Source: Lama guanicoe (taxonomy: Eukaryota). From it: a stretch of 64,000 nt of DNA. The notes beneath the pieces were generated by a model. That model saw nothing but the letters and a program-made list of their open reading frames with translations, was not told where the DNA came from and searched no databases. Position 1 is the stretch's first letter; each line of letters starts with the position of its first letter. The stretch covers positions 1,377,015 to 1,441,014 of the forward strand of contig MU054049.1 of assembly GCA_013239625.1 (NCBI GenBank). Direction: 5' to 3'. Made by a program: the position numbers and the translations under genes. Below, in pieces: positions 62,910-64,000 of the stretch.

Positions 62910-63310
62910 TAATGAAGGGGCTGTAACCGAGGTGTAGGCAGAATTAGGGAGACCCCAGGATGTGGGGTCACTCAGAAAGAGCGGCAGTCATCCTCCCTGC
63001 AGCCCTCGGGGGCAAGGGCAGCAGTGTTGCAGGGCCCAGGGAGAGTCAGAGCCCAGGGGAGGCGTCGAAGTTAGAGAGGACTGCAGTGTTGCCAGGACCT
63101 CACACCACAGCCAGGAGCAGGGATGGGATGGGGCAGGGAGAGGGGAAAATGCCAGGGATACTGGCTCCCCTCCCTCCAAGCTCCTACCAGCATCTCCCAC
63201 TGGCCACAGCCAAGGGCAAGCCAGAGAGTGAAGAGCCCAGAGGATGCAGGCTCTGGGGGGCTGTGCCCTCTTGGGGTGGCTATGAGCCAAGGGCAATATG
63301 TGAGCAGACA
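62910..63310. mobile_element. Old ERVL LTR fragment (LTR33-like)
   Basis: 'ctcccactggcc...gcaagccagagagtgaagagccc' motif. Confidence 0.4.
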
Positions 63311-63508
63311 TCCTAGTGGCTCCTGAGCTCCTGGTTCTTAGAGTCTAAGGAGGGGAGAGGCATCAAAGAAGTACATTTTATTTTAGAACCTACTCAGTAC
63401 CACAAAGAAGATAAACCAGGCGCTGTGACAGATAGTGAGAAGGGAACACCCACCGTGGGACACCAGGGAGGGTCTCTCTGCAAAAATGACACATCTGAAC
63501 TTTAGGCA

Positions 63509-63871
63509 GTGTAGTAGTCAGGCTTCTCCAGAGGAATAGAACCAATAGAATGTATAGGGAGAGAGAGATGGAGATTTACTGTAAAGGAACTGGCTCATGT
63601 AATGGCAGGACTGGCAGGCAGGCTGGACACCCAAGGCGGAATCGATTCTCCAGCTCCAGGCCAAAGACTGGAGGTAGAATTGCCTCTGGCTTGGGGTATC
63701 TCAGCCTTGTGGATTCTGGAGAGTCATCTGCTTTACTCAAAGTCTAGTGGTTTCGATGTTAATTACATCTTTAAAGATATATCTATCTTCACAGCAACAT
63801 CTAGACTGGCATTTGACCAAAAACTGGGCACCATGGCCCAGCCAGCTTGACACATAAAATCAACCATCACA
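63509..63871 (-). mobile_element. ERVL solo LTR (MLT2-like)
   Basis: 'agtcaggcttctccagaggaatagaaccaatag...ggaactggctcatg' through the terminus 'ttgacacataaaatcaaccatcaca'. Confidence 0.88.
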
Positions 63872-64000
63872 GGCACGGTTGCCCATCTGGACCAGCGTGT
63901 CTTTATTACATGGAGCCACTAAGTTGGATATGGTATTCATACCCTGCACTTCTTTCTTTTGCAGAAAAATAAAACTCCCACTTCGCCATTGCATCTGATC

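Noticed and set aside
1..64000. Naming the locus or neighbouring gene, or claiming a new multi-gene system
   Set aside because: No recognisable coding exon anchors the locus and motif content alone cannot identify it; nothing in the sequence supports an operon-like, defence or other novel gene system

Overview
Mammalian non-coding genomic DNA, most likely from a camelid (alpaca, llama or camel), judging by five tRNA-Ala(AGC)-derived SINEs of the Vic-1 type and young cetartiodactyl-type L1 3' ends. I cannot support any protein-coding gene. The ORF track consists of chance ORFs and repeat-derived frames. Much of the window is interspersed repeat (L1, L2, MIR, MaLR/ERVL LTRs, hAT MER elements), several with readable target-site duplications (TSDs) and nesting. 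It also holds a polyadenylated U6 snRNA retropseudogene. The unique DNA resembles a regulatory gene desert or large intron, with dense MEF2/KLF/NF-kB/ETS-IRF/bZIP motif clusters, a CTCF site with its upstream motif, and AT-rich homeobox-motif islands. I found no convincing new biological system. The best leads are a perfect 23-bp/7-nt-loop hairpin at the end of a CpG-rich MLT1 LTR, a possible chain of plus-strand micro-exons, a MER53 with an intact miR-1302 seed, and two twin-primed (5'-inverted) L1s. Repeat subfamily names and motif calls were made by eye, without RepeatMasker, alignment or PWM scans. Boundaries are approximate unless a TSD is quoted, and I could not identify the locus.
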